Below are positions 48,530 through 61,577 of a stretch of 64,000 nucleotides of DNA, one piece after another. The stretch lies in NCBI RefSeq assembly GCF_964213995.1, contig NC_135830.1, positions 15,996,001-16,060,000 on the forward strand, read 5' to 3'. Every line of letters begins with the position of its first letter. Within the stretch, counting starts at the first letter, position 1. Source of the stretch: Mustelus asterias. Its lineage: Eukaryota. A program made the translations under genes and the position numbers. Below the pieces are notes generated by a model. The model did no database searches and was not told where the DNA came from. It was given only the letters and a program-made list of their open reading frames with translations.

Positions 48530-51500
48530 TGTTTAATGATGGATTCCAGCAATTTCCCAACTACGGATGTTAAGCTAACCGGGCTGTAGTTACCCGCCTT
48601 TTGTCTACCTCCTTTTTTAAACAGTGGCATCACATTAGCTGTTTTCCAATCAGCCGGCACTTCCCCAGAGTCCAGTGAATTTTGATAAATTACAACCAAC
48701 GCATCTGCTATTACTTCTGCCATTTCTATCCGGACCCTGGGATGCATTCCATCCGGGCCCGGGGACTTGTCTACCTTTAGTCCCATTAGCCAACCAAGCA
48801 CTACCTCTTTAGTAATAGTAATCGTTTTAAGGACCTCACCCCCTATAGTCCCACAACCGTCAATTTTCGGTAAGCTATTTGTGTCCTCTACCGTGAAGAC
48901 CAACACAAAAACTTGTTTAAGGCCTTGGCCATTTCCTCGTTTCCCATTATTAAATCCTCCTTCTCGCCTTCTAAGGGTCCAACATTTACTTTAGCTACTC
49001 TTTTCCTTTTTATACATTTGTAAAAACTTTTGCCATCAGTTTTTATATTTTGTGCTAGTTTAGTTTCATAATCTATCTTTCCTTTCTTTCTCGCTTTCTT
49101 AGTAGTTCTTTGTTGTTTTTTAAAGCTTTCCCAACCTTCTAATCCCCCACTAGTTTTGGCCACTCTGTACGCATCGGTTTTTAATTTAATACTCTCCTTT
49201 ATTTCCTTAGTTATCCACGGCTGGTTATCCCTTTTCTTACATTCCTTCTTTAACATAGAAACATAGAAAACTACAGCACAAAACAGGCCCTTCGGCCCCA
49301 CAAGTTGTGCCGAACATATCCCTACCTTTTAGGCCTACCTATAACCCTCCATCCTATTAAGTCCCATGTACTCATCCAGGAGTCTCTTAAAAGACCCTAC
49401 TGACTTTGCCTCCACCACCACTGATGGCAGCCAATTCCATTCGCCCACCACCCTCCATGTGATAAACTTCCCCCTAACATCTCCCCTGCACCTACACCCC
49501 AGCACCTTAAACCTATGTCCTCTCGTAGCAGACATTTCCACCCTGGGAAAAAGCCTCTGAGAGTCCACCCGATCTATGCCTCTCAACATCTTATATACCT
49601 CTATTAGGTCTCCCCTCATCCTACGTTTCTCCAAGGAGAAAAGACCGAGCTCCCTCAGCCTATCCTCATAAGGCATGCCACTCAATCCAGGCAACATCCC
49701 TGTAAATCGCCTCTGCACCCTTTCAATCTTTTCCACATCCTTCCTGTAATGAGGCGACCAGAACTGAGCACAGTACTCCAAGTGGGGTCTGACGAGGGTC
49801 TTCTATATCTGCATCATTATCCCCGGACTCCTAAACTCAATCCCTCGATTGATAAAGGCCAGCACACCATACGCCTTCTTAACCACCTCCTCCACCTGTG
49901 GGGCCGATTTTAGAGCCCTATGGACCCGGACCCCAAGGTCCTTCTGATCCTCGACAGTACTAAGAGTCTTTCCCTTTATATTGTACTCCTTCATCCCATT
50001 TGACCTGCCAAAATGGACCACTACGCATTTATCTGGGTTGAAGTCCATCTGCCACTTCTTCGCCCAGACTTGCATCCTATCTATGTCCCTCTGTAACTTC
50101 TGACATCCCTCCAGACTATCCACAACCCCACCAACCTTCGTGTCGTCGGCAAACTTACCAACCCATCCCTCCATTTCCTCATCCAGGTCATTTATGAAAA
50201 TGACAAACAGCAATGGTCCCAGAACAGATCCCTGGGGCACACCACTGGTGACCGATCTCCATTTAGAAAAAGACCCATCAATACACACTTTCTGCCTCCT
50301 TTGGGCAAGCCAGTTCTGGATCCACAGGGCAGCAGCCCCTTGGATCCCATGCCCTCTCACTTTTTCGAGAAGCCTTGCATGGGGGACCTGATCGAACGCC
50401 TTGCTAAAATCCATATAAAGCACATCTACCGCTTTCCCTTCGTCAATGTGTTTAGTCACATTTTCGAAGAACTCCACCAGGCTTGTAAGGCACGATCTGC
50501 CTGTGACAAAGCCATGCTGAGTATTCTTGAGCATACTAAACCTCTCTAAATGCTCATAAATCTTGTCCCTCAGGATCTTCTCCATCAGCTTACCAACCAC
50601 TGAGGTTAGACTCACCGGTCGGTAATTACCTGGGCTATCCCTATTCCCCTTCTTGAAAATAGGAACCACATCCGCAATCCTCCAATCCTCCGGCACCTCT
50701 CCTGTCTCCATCGACGACGCAAAGATCATTGCCAGAGGCTCTGCAATCTCTTCCCTCGCCTCCCACAGTAACCTGGGGTACATTCCATCCGGACCCGGCG
50801 ACTTATCTATCTTGATGCCATTCAACGATTCCAACCTCTTTGTTAAAATCCACATACTCAATCTTTTCAGTCCACTGCAAGCCCACAGTACATCCACCCA
50901 TGTCCTTCTCCTCTGTGAAAACCGAGGCAAAATACTCATTAAGCACCTCTGCCATTTCTACTGGTTCCGTACTGATTTTCCCGCCTTCACCTTTTATAGG
51001 CCCTATTCCTTCACGTCTCATCCTTTTACTCTTCACATATTTATAAAACGCCTTAGGGTTTTCCTTAATTCTACTTGCCAAGGCTTTCTCGTGACCCCTT
51101 CTGGCTCTCCAAATTTCCTTCTTTAGTCCCTTCCTACAAGCCCTATACTCTTCTAAATCCCTATCTTCGCCAAGCTCTCTAAGCCTTTTATACACTTCCT
51201 TTCTTCTCGACTAGGTCCCACATAGCTTTCGTGCACCACGGTTCCTTTAACCTACCAACTCCTCCCTGCCTGCTCGGAACATTGTCCTGTAGAACCCTAG
51301 ACAGACATTCCTTGAAAAACTGCCACCTCTCTTCAGTAGATTTCCCCGAGAATCCCTCCTTCCAATTTACTCCTCTAATTTGCTGCCTTATGTCTTCATA
51401 TTTCCCCTTTATCACAGGAATATATTTTTGCTGAGTACTGAGAAAAATCTCCTTAAAAATCCACCACTGTTGCTCAGCTGTCCTACCAACTAGTCTGCGC

Positions 51501-53465
51501 TCCCAGTCTACATTAGCCAATTCTGCCCTCATCCTATTGTACTCCCCTGTGTTCAAGCAGTGGACACTGGTTTGGGACCCTATTTTCTCTCCCTCCATTT
51601 GTATTAGAAATTCAACCATATTGTGATCACTCATTCCAAGATCCCTCACAAGAAGATCATTAATTTTACCTGTCTCATTACACAGGACCAGATCCAAGAT
51701 GGCTTGCTCCCTCGTAGGTTCTGTAACATACTGTTCGAGGAAACTATCCCGACAGCATTCTCAGAACTCTTTCTCAAGTCCACCGTGTCCGACTTGAGTC
51801 AACCGATCAATATGCAGGTTAAAATCCCCCATGATTATTGCTGTTCCGTTTTTGCACGCACCCATTATTTGCTTGTTTATAGCCCGACCACCTCAAAGTT
51901 ATTATTTGGGGGCCTATAGACCACGCCCACCGGTGACTTTCTCCCCTTACTATTCCTTATCTCCATCCACAACGATTCCACATTCTGCTCCTTAGAGCCT
52001 ATATCGTCTCTCACTACCGCCCTGATGTTATCTTTAATTAACAGAGCTACCCCACCTCCTTTTCCTTCCTGTCTATCCTTCCGAAATGTCTGATACCCCT
52101 GGATATTCAGTTCCCAGTCCTGGTCACCCTGCAACCACGTTTCTGTAATGGCCACTAGATCATACCCATTTGTACTGATTTGTGCCATCAACTCATTCAC
52201 TTTGTTTCGAATGCTACGTGCATTCAGGTAAAGTGTCTTTATGCTAGCCTTTATATGGACCCGATTTGTTAGTGCATTCTTTTGATTGCATGCTCTGTCC
52301 CTACCTGTCTCAAACTGGTTATCCTTCCCCAGACCATCTCCTTGCACTGCGTTAACCACCTCTCTTCTTGTGTTTGTCACCTTTTTTACTCTGCCTGAGC
52401 CCTTGACTCCTTTAACTAGGTGAATGTCCTCATCATTAACCTGCACTCGTACCCTCTCCTTTACCTTTGATTTTATAATTCCCCATGCCCCTGAACCCTC
52501 CCTCCCTCACCCCCCCCCCCCACCTCACTATTCAGTTTAAAGCCCTATTTACAGCCTTGGTTATACTATTCGCCAGGACTCTGGTCCCAGCACGATTCAG
52601 ACGAAGACCATCCCATCTGAACAGGTCCCATCTTCCCCAATACTGGTGCCAATATCCCATGAATTCAAACCCATTCCTCCCACACCAATCTTTGAGCCAC
52701 TCATTTACCTCCTTAATCTTATTGACCCTACGCCAATTTGCTTGTGGCTCAGGTAGTAATCCAGAGATTACCACCTTGTTGGTTCTGCTTTTTAATTTGG
52801 CTCCTAGCTTTTCATACTCCCTCTGCAGAACCTCTGTTCCTGTTCTGCCTATGTCGTTGGCACCTACGTGGACCACTACAACTGGATTCTTACCCTCCCA
52901 CTCCAAGTTCCTCTGCAGCCCAGATGAGATATCCTGGACCCGAGCACCAGGCAGGCAACACAACCTTTGGTATTCTCGATCTTGGTCACAGAGAACAGTG
53001 TCAATATCCCTAACTACACTATCCCCAATTACCACTACATTTCCTTTTTCTTCTTCCACCTGAACGGCTCCCTGTACCACGGTGCCGTGGGCAGTTTGCT
53101 CGTCCTCCTTGCAGTCCCCGTTCCCATCCACACTGGGAGTAAGAATTTCAAACCTGTTGTACAGATTCAGGGACTGAGGCTCTTGCAACTCTACCTTCTG
53201 GATCCCACTTCCTGCCTCGCTCGCAGCCACACCCTCTTGTCCCTGACCCCCGGCTGAATTAGTTAGTCTAAAGGGTGTGACTGCCTCCTGAAACACAGCG
53301 TCCAGGTAACTCTCCCCCTCCCGATATGTCGCAGTGTCTGAAGCTCAGACTCCAGCTCATCGACCCTGAGCCGGAGTACCTCAAGCAACCAACACTTACT
53401 GCAGACATGCTCACTGGGAATCACAGTGGGGTCCACCAGCTCCCACATCATGCAGAAACAACACA
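48530..53465 (-). mobile_element. CR1 LINE with ORF1 (Cys-rich + SGNH esterase) and ORF2 N-terminus (APE endonuclease), 3'-truncated and interrupted by a second CR1
   Basis: ORF1 has VVIGDSVVRDID and VVVHVGANDIG (52532-53296). The endonuclease has LYLNARSIRNK, ITETWL and GVVYRPP (51877-52260). The RT start NYSPVSLTS is at 48523-48906. Confidence 0.9.
49252..51406 (-). mobile_element. 5'-truncated CR1 nested in the larger CR1
   Basis: RT ORFs at 49803-50939 and 49335-49781, with tail AACATAGAAACATAG at 49252. CTTTA occurs at both junctions and the host reads through as KYIPVIK|KECKKRDNQPW. Confidence 0.9.
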
Positions 53466-53908
53466 TTATTTCCCAAGAGGAAGTAAAGTTTTGCCCCCTC
53501 TCGTCGGGAATGAGAAATTCCTCCTGAATACACTCAACAAATTTCGCTCCATCCAACCGTCTAATACAATGGCTGTCCCAGTCAACCTCTCACACAGTTT
53601 CACCTCAAATGCCCAAAGCGAAAATCATGCCCCTAGACCAACGAGTCTATGCAACCGGCGCTTTCACCGAAATATAACTGGTTTGCTTGTATCCAAAGCA
53701 GCTCAGAAATCCTTGGTAAAGGCCCGAAATTGTTGAACAAACGCAGCATGTTAGTATTTTGCTAACTCGACTGTTTGGAACTGGGCGCTGTCGTGTATAA
53801 AATACAGATGTTACCCGCTACACTACACAAAGAATGTCGAGTGCCAAACTGAATGAACGTGAATATTTTCTTATGAGTCCACCTCCTCCAAAGACAACCT
53901 TTTTCCAG

Positions 53909-53985
53909 ATATGGGCCACTGAGATTCTGTCACTCGGCCGCTGTCCTCAGCAGTAAAGACAGAAGGAGAAGCGGTGACTTTACAA
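53909..53985 (+). pseudogene. Truncated TCR V relic (5' end of V exon only)
   Basis: TTTTCCAG|ATATGGGCCACTGAGATTCTGTCACTCGGCCGCTGTCCTCAG...GAAGGAGAAGCGGTGAC aligns with 60102-60175, then breaks into AT-rich sequence. Confidence 0.75.
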
Positions 53986-54179
53986 TATTAAATTATACAA
54001 TTATATAAATCGCGGCATATATTAAATTTATAATATTAAATTTTACTCTCTGAAAAGAGGAAAATTCTAAACATATCAACTGAGTCGCCTTTGTACCTTC
54101 TTGTTTGTAAGCAAAATAAACCAAATTAGTCTGTTGATCCCTGGCACTATTCTGATTTATAACCATAAGCCTTTAAGAC

Positions 54180-54490
54180 GATAAGATATAGGAATAGCAT
54201 TAGACCATTCGACCCATCAAGTCTGCTCCGCCATTCAATTGTGGCTGCTCAGTTTCTCATCCCCATTCTCCCGCCTTTTCCCGGAAACTTTGATCCCCTT
54301 ACAAATCAAAAACATATCTACTCAATGACCTGACCTCCACACCCTTCTGTGGCAATGAATTCCATCGATTCACCACCCACTGGCTGAAGAAATTCCTCCT
54401 CATCTCCACTTTAAAGGATCGTCCCTTTACTCTGAGGCTGTGCCCTTGGATCCTCGTCTCTCTGACTTACACGGAAATATCTCCCCCAGC
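54180..54490 (-). mobile_element. CR1 3' end fragment
   Basis: ATAAGATATAGGA...CCATTCGACCCATC tail/3'UTR and the RT C-terminus remnant. Confidence 0.7.
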
Positions 54491-55011
54491 ACCGCACTTT
54501 TCCCAAAGTCTTGGTATGCTCTGGACTTCGGTGTACCCGGGATTTGAACAGAGAATTCCAGGAATGATGCCCGCATCATTTTACGATGTAAGTAGGAAAC
54601 GTAACAAGGACTTTCTACAGAGCACCAATTCGGATTCCTGGGCAGCATTTGTGCCTTGGTATGTGTTGGAGTAAACCCTGAATCGACTCAACAGCCAAAT
54701 GCGAACTTGCATTAAACAACATTTGTCAGCAGAGGGCGCCAATCTCGAGCCCGGTTTTGGAGTGGGGAGGGATGTCGGGGGGAGGGGCGGTGCTACAATC
54801 TCACGTGACATTATCACTGGAGCCTGTATGGATGGTAGGCTGCTGAGGTCACAATAGACTCCACTTCCGCTCCCCACAATCACACCCACACAGACAAACT
54901 GACTCACACTCACTCACACACTGCAATCAACGGAGCAGAGCCTGGGTTCCCGCTCTCTTTCTCACTCTCTGACTCATCTATTCTCATTCACTGGAATAAA
55001 TCCACTCGGAC

Positions 55012-55499
55012 ATGTTTCTGATCATTCTGGCGGCGCTCTTGCACAGTAAGTACCGGATAACGTTCATCAAACCACGGAAACATATTTATACACAAAGATG
55101 CCAATTTAATTAACCATCAAAAATATCCATGTGAGGTGTAGATGGGAGGTTCCACAAACTATAAATTTACATGAACTCTTGATATTTAATTCCTCTACCT
55201 TTACAGGTGGACTGTGCGCAGATCCAGTAACTCAGTCACCGGTGACAATAACAGCATCAGAAGGGGATTCGGTGCAGTTGGATTGTAACTATACAGACAA
55301 GGGTATGAGCTACATGCAATGGTATCAGCAGAAACCGGCACAGCCACCGAGATGGATTATTACCAATGCATTAGTAGTGGAGGAAAATGAAGTTTCAGGA
55401 CGATATCTGCCGGCTACTGACAAGTCCACACAGAGCGGCTCCCTCAATATAAGCGCCCTCAGTTTGGAGGACGGGGCGGTCTATTACTGTGCAGTGAGG
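55012..55499 (+). CDS. T-cell receptor alpha/delta-type V segment: leader exon 55012-55045, V exon 55207-55499
   Basis: Spliced MFLIILAALLHSGLCADPVTQSP...VQLDCNY...MQWYQQKP...SLNISALSLEDGAVYYCAVR. GT-AG intron in phase 1, followed by a 23-RSS. Confidence 0.9.
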
Positions 55500-55538
55500 C
55501 ACAGGATTAGATTACAGCTAAAACCCCCTACAAAAACC
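55500..55538 (+). other. 23-RSS (heptamer CACAGGA, 23-bp spacer, nonamer ACAAAAACC)
   Basis: Counted directly: heptamer 55500-55506, spacer 55507-55529, nonamer 55530-55538. Confidence 0.9.
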
Positions 55539-56009
55539 TCAGCGAGTATTTACAACTCCACGAAGATGTTTTGATCACGTGTTCACGAAGGCGGCGATTC
55601 TATTTACCAGACAATTTGACCTTGTTCAAATCATCATAGAAGCACTTTGGTAAATCTCGAGACTAAACCCCATGCCGCGATTTATATAGTAAGCAGATAC
55701 CAGGAGTATCGAGCTATCAGTTGAAGGATGCGCTCAGAAGTGGAGGTAATATAGCAGAAAATTACCGGCTGTTCATCCAGAATTGTTAACTCAGATGAGC
55801 CCACGGACACAGACTTCTCGGCATTCGTTCCTATAACTAAATTCAGAATGGATCAAAGTCTGCTGAAGTTCATAACAAATGAAATGCACAATAACCGCCA
55901 CATAGACTCACTTAGCAACACGACTATTATTATAAATCCGGGACAGAGACTCACCTCGCAGCACGAAGATAGTCTATTCCCGCAGCTGACATTGGTGTAT
56001 TGTGTGGTG

Positions 56010-56590
56010 GTGAACTGCCTTCTTGTGGTCCCTGATGTGCAGGTACACACACTGTGCTGTTAGTGAGGGAGTTCCAGTGATTTGGCACAGTGACCGTGAA
56101 GGAACAACGATATATTTCCATGTAGGGATGTAGAATAACTTGGAAGGGAACCTCGAGGTTGTGGGTGTTCCCATGTGCCCGCTGCCCTTCTTCTCCTAGA
56201 TGGCAGTGCTCGTGTGTTTGGATTGTGCTGCCTAAAAAAAAACCTTGGTGAGTTGCTGCAGTGTATCCTGCAGATGGTGCACACGGCTGTCACTGTTCGT
56301 CTGTGGTGGCAGGAATGAATGTTCATGCAATGGGTAGCAATCAAGCGGGCTGATTTGTCCTGCATTCTGTCGAGCCTCTTGAGTGTGGTTGCAGCTACAC
56401 TCATCCAAGCAAGTAGAGGGTATTCCATCTCACTCCTGACTTGTACCTTGTAGATGGTGGACAGGCTTTGGGGAGTCAGGAGGTGAGTTACTCGCCGCCG
56501 GATTCCTAACCTTTGATCAGCTCTGGTAGCCACTGTATTTATATTCCTGGGTCCAGTTCAGTTTTCTGTCAACTCCCAGGATGTTGATGG
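56010..56590 (-). mobile_element. CR1/L2-group LINE 3' fragment
   Basis: Encodes LLTPQSLSTIYKVQVRSEMEY..LAW...LKRLDRMQDK (RT C-terminal region). Confidence 0.75.
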
Positions 56591-57268
56591 GGTGGGGGTT
56601 TAATGTCTATTAAGTCCCATCTTATGTGTACCCATATACAGTTGGGTACACATAAGATGGTTGCCTGGCACGCAAACAGTCACCCGGGAAAGAGACATTA
56701 AAGTCAAATCGGTTCTATAGTGTCGTCCCTCTATTCTGGGGTTGTGTGCCGTGTAAACCCTTTCAGTATTCCTGATGGCAGGTGATGGGAACGGAACAGA
56801 TGCCTGGTCAACAATACTGCAGAGGTCAATGGCAATCCGCTGGAATAATTTGAAATAAACAGTCACAGAATGATAAGGACATTCATGGTCAGCAATGCCC
56901 TCTTAGGGCATGGTAACTGGAAGAGCAGGAGGTGAATGGCACAAGAGGCCTAGAGAGTGGACTCTATAAATCATTGCATTCCAATGTCTCTGGGCAGACT
57001 GGGCAACAATGTTTGCACAACGTTTCTCATCAATAAACAAATCTACTTAAAAATAACGGCGTCCACAGTTCCTTATTTGTTAACCAACAAAATCACAATC
57101 CTACACTAGAAGTTAATGCATATACTTTACATTGTGATTATATTAATCCGTCAAGCCTGCTTCGACAGCACCTTGCGAACCCGGAATCTCTTCCATCTAG
57201 AAGGATAAGAGGAACAGCTGCATGAGAACACCCCTTCAAGCCGCACACCATCCTCATTTTGAACCATA

Positions 57269-57603
57269 TCATAGAATCATAGAAACACTACAGTGCAGAA
57301 AGAGGCCAGTTGGCCCATCGAGTCTGCACCGACCACAATCGCACCAAAGCCCAACCCCATTTCCCTGCTAATTTTACCCGCTAATCCCTCTAACCTACGC
57401 ATCCCAGGACACTAAGGGGCAATGTTAGCATGGCCAATCAACCTAACCCGCACATCTTTGGACTGTGGGAGGAACCCGGAGCACCCGGAGGAAACCCACG
57501 CAGACACGAGGAGAATGTGCAAACTCCACACAGACAGTGACCCAAGCTGGGAATCGAACCCAGGTCCCTGGAGCTGTGAAGCAGCAGTGCTAACCACTGT
57601 GCT
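57269..57603 (-). mobile_element. HE1-like SINE
   Basis: (ATCATAGA)2 tail, V-domain and head. Confidence 0.9.
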
Positions 57604-57937
57604 CTACGTAACGCGGCTCCCTTGCGTCAAAATCCTGGAATTGGTTTTCGGTTTAAGATTACGGGCAGAGGACAACAAATCAGAAAAGTATGAAAGGAGA
57701 ATTGAAGGAAAGTGAGACATTACGAGTGCGAAATACAAAGTCAAAAGCTGTGAGAAAGACAGAAAGGAAGAGATTCAGAAATGACCCTGAATGCATTGTT
57801 CTCTCAAATTACTCATATTTCACTCACGTCTATTTATATAGTTGCATTGTTTGAAAACACGTCTCTCAGTAAAAGCCCGCTGGAGACGGCCCATCGACAA
57901 CCTTGCACTTGCGGACAGCGTCACGTAACCTGAGTCA

Positions 57938-57952
57938 CCGCCAGAGGGCGCA
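57938..57952 (+). promoter_or_regulatory. Strong CTCF-like motif next to CRE/AP-1-like sites
   Basis: CCGCCAGAGGGCGC preceded by TGAGTCA and CGTCACGT. Confidence 0.6.
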
Positions 57953-58085
57953 GTCGTCACATATTTCTCCCAACTTGAAATGATGGCGACAAAACCTCTG
58001 GCACCATTCGCATATCGTTGCTATTGGCAGTAACCACACAGTCCCATTTTTCTGCTCTCACCTCATGTATCCTGTATTAGTAAAT

Positions 58086-58380
58086 GGGCGACACGGTGGC
58101 ACAATGGCTGGCATTCCTGCCTCATAGCAAAGGGGGCCCAGGTTCAATTCCAGCCTTGGGTAACTGTCTGTGTGGGGTTTTCACCTTCTCCCCGACTCTA
58201 CGTGCGTTTCCTCCCACAGTCCAAAAATGTGCAGGTTAGGTGGAATAGTCATGTCCCTTAGTGTTAGGGGGATTAGGAGATTAACACGCGGGGTTACGGG
58301 GATAGGGCCTTGGTGTGACTGTTGTCGGTGCAAGCTTAATGGGCTGAATGGCCTCCTTCGGCACTGTAGGGATTCTATGA
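58086..58380 (+). mobile_element. HE1-like SINE
   Basis: Head, V-domain and GGATTCTATGA tail. Confidence 0.8.
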
Positions 58381-58654
58381 AGAGACTTCTGTTGATTTAC
58401 TTGTTTGGCACTGGTTGTATCAGAAATGCGGGTGGATCTATGAGCGTTGTGGGGGCGTGAATCTGTGTTTCCACTCCAGGAGAATATTTCCTGAGCTGCA
58501 ACGTTACTGATTCGGGAGAAGGACCTCTGCTCGTCAATATATCACTTTTTCACTTAGCGTTTCCTTCCCAATTAAAAGTAAAGAATATGCTGTTCTCCTG
58601 ACTGCTGTAATTTAGGTATATTAATCAAATGATGACCACTCTTTTTAAAGAAAA

Positions 58655-59030
58655 ATATTTATTGGGTGTTGGTCACAAGTCCAAGATTTTGTCGATCACT
58701 AATTGTCCTCGAAACGGGCTGGGCAATTTGAGAGTTAGTTATGTGACTACAGTTGTTCTGTAGTCACACACAGACCAGGCTAGGCTAGGAAGGCAGATTT
58801 CCTTCCACAAAGTGCATTAGTGAACCAGGTGGATTTGCAGTGATCGCGTTCGGAACGATCATTGCGAGTAGCTTTCAATATCAATTAATCACATTTAAAT
58901 TTAACCAGCTGCTGGGGTAGAATTTTGACTACTTTTCTCGTCAATCGAATTTAAATGTAACCAGTTGATATGATGGGATTGAACTACTTTTCCCAAAGCA
59001 TCATTCTGGGTTCGTGAATTACTTTCCCAG
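58655..59030 (-). mobile_element. Second-family SINE, degenerate
   Basis: GGCAGATTTCCTTCC...CATTAGTGAACCAG core. Confidence 0.6.
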
Positions 59031-59949
59031 TGACTCCATGTTGACAATGATTAAGAAGAAAAAACGGAAGTTCTTGAAGTTGACACTTCCCAGTATATTA
59101 TATGAGATGGGGCCACAACTACCAAGTGCATCTTGTTGTCCCTGAGTGGACCTTTGAAGAAAAGGCAATCTCATAATTAGCTGCACTATAACAATTTGAT
59201 ATCCTAACCCTGCTGATTTCAGGCACTGTCGAGTTTCAGTACAACATCCACAGTACACTTTTTACATTATCTCAGGAACAATAAACAGGCAACTAGAGCT
59301 CACTGATCGACTTCCCTGTTCCTTTAGTAAAACAACGAAGATTGCAAAGTATCTCACAGCCCATCCACTGATTTCTGAACATTCGAACATAAAACTTCGG
59401 CTGCCTGCAAATCTGCTCTACCATTCAGTCAGATTACAGTTCATCTGATCTTCCGTTTAAATCCACTTTGCTGCCTTGATCTTCTTGAACCGTGGCATAA
59501 ATTTTAGTTAAAATATTGGTTTCACTCAGCTTTAAAATTATTCTGTGGCCCTCAGCCTCCACCGTTCTCTGGACTCTCACTGGAGTCTCAGGCACTAATG
59601 CTCGGATGCGAAAGCTAAGAGAATGTGCCCAGAACATTGATTGGAAATCCACCAAATCAATCAACACTCCTTGCTCCTCCGTTCCAATAACAAAATGAAG
59701 TTTTTTTTTCTTGACATCCCGTTTCCAAAGCGGAACAATTCGCCCAACAGGGACACCGAATGGAGGACAGGTTGGAGAGCTTCCATTCACTAACAGTCAT
59801 CTGAGCAATTATCAATCTCACGGAGCCACTGGCGAGACACGGAACTGACGCGTGAGCTTTCTGAGAAATGTCGTCAGATTATTAAGGGTGGGGATTAGAA
59901 TGGGTGTCTTCAAATATCCGATTCCTCCTTTACAGAGCGGACAGAGACA

Positions 59950-60408
59950 ATGAAGATACTCATCATTTGGATTGTGTGGGGGGCATTTCTAACAGGTATT
60001 TCTGGGCATCACGTTAGTTTTCTCATTTCCAAAACTTGGGTTGAATCTTACTGTTGAGTACACATCACTCTTTTCTTTATCTATTTGAACATATTTTCCA
60101 GGTCTGAGCCATGGAGATTCTGTCACTCAGTCGCTGTCCTCAGATGTTAAGCCAGAAGGAGACGCGGTGACATTAAACTGCAACTATGATACTGCAGAAA
60201 CCTACTATATTTTATACTGGTATCGACAGCATCCAGACTCCCAGCCCGAGTACATACTGAGAAAGCACTCGGGGGGTGATGAATATCAAGCAGATTTTGC
60301 TAAAATCCGTTTCTCGACTGACCTCCAAACCTCGAAGAAATCCATCAGTTTGACTATCTCGGATCTGCAGTTGTCTGACGCGGCCGTGTATTACTGCGCT
60401 TTCAGCCT
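59950..60408 (+). CDS. T-cell receptor alpha/delta-type V segment: leader exon 59950-59995, V exon 60102-60408
   Basis: Spliced MKILIIWIVWGAFLTGLSHGDSVTQS...VTLNCNY...LYWYRQHPDSQPEYIL...SLTISDLQLSDAAVYYCAFS. GT-AG phase-1 intron and CRE-like TGACG/CGTCA sites upstream. Confidence 0.92.
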
Positions 60409-60447
60409 CACAGTGATGGAAAGCAGCCTGAGTCCTGTACAAAAACT
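60409..60447 (+). other. Canonical 23-RSS (CACAGTG-23-ACAAAAACT)
   Basis: Heptamer 60409-60415, spacer 60416-60438, nonamer 60439-60447. Confidence 0.95.
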
Positions 60448-61577
60448 GTCTCAGCAGGATAAGTCAGAGCTCCTCGCTGCTGTATAGAACTTCTGGCAGA
60501 TGCAGCCACAATGAGCAGCGGCGCTGTCAGCCGCTCAAACACAAACCGACAGGAAACCATATTCACCTCGGATCAACTGTCACCCAACTGTTTCCAGGAG
60601 AGGCCGAGAAAACAAACTGCAGAACCGTTTTAGGCCGACAAGTCCATCACATAATGAATGTGTCAATTAAATCGTCCCTTCTGCTGCTAATCAACTCTGT
60701 TTTCCTCTAAAATCAGCCCTGGGTGATAAAATCCCAAACATCCGTCAAACCTGGCCGTGAAGCGCCACACACACAGCAGACGGACAGTTCTCCATGTTTG
60801 TGTGACGTCCTCTGATCCCGAAGTCCCTATTTGTCCTTTCCTTATTTTTCCATGCCTGCTAACCATATTGAACACCCGTCGCTCGATCTCCCTTTTCAGT
60901 TTCTGGGGGCCTTTGAGGGTGAGCTGTTCATAGCGTTTATTTGATCACTATTGCTACATTCCAGACAGTTTGCACAGCCTGAACACATTTCATAAAGTTG
61001 CGACTTTGATTTCTCAAATAAATCCGAAGTTCAGAGCAGCCAGTTTCCACATCTCCCTGACTGTCTCCACCGAATACCAGGGTAGCATTAAACTTCTTAC
61101 CATATCCGCATTGTTCATCTGTTTCTCGCTGCTCCTCGTTTCTGTAAATCAGATGAGTATTCGAATACTGTTCGGGAAAGATTGTGAAATTCAATTGAAT
61201 GATCAAAGTCAATGAGTTCTGAAATCTGTTCATTTTTCATAAACTGTTTCTGACCCAACAACACACTCTGATCTCGGGCCAAAGGCTCCAGAAATCTAAA
61301 AGGGGAGATGAACAAGAGTTGTTTAGTGTTACAGACAGGCATGGAAACAGCTTCAAAACACTAATTGAACGAAATAGATCAAATAGATTTCCGAAGGCGA
61401 GTTTTATTATGAACGCGCCTTAAAATCAACGAATACAATTTCGCAAGTGTTCCTCACTTCTTATGGGGGGTTATATTTTGTTCTTTTCTGTGACTCTCAC
61501 TGGGTTTAATTCTTGTCCCTATTGATCGGTGTGACAGCGCCATCTTCTGGCCACCAACTGGAACTCCCATTCTGGGG

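Noticed and set aside
53765-53835. Third tRNA-Val-like relic on the minus strand (GTAGTGTAGCGG)
   Set aside because: Only the A-box region matches; no cloverleaf can be built.
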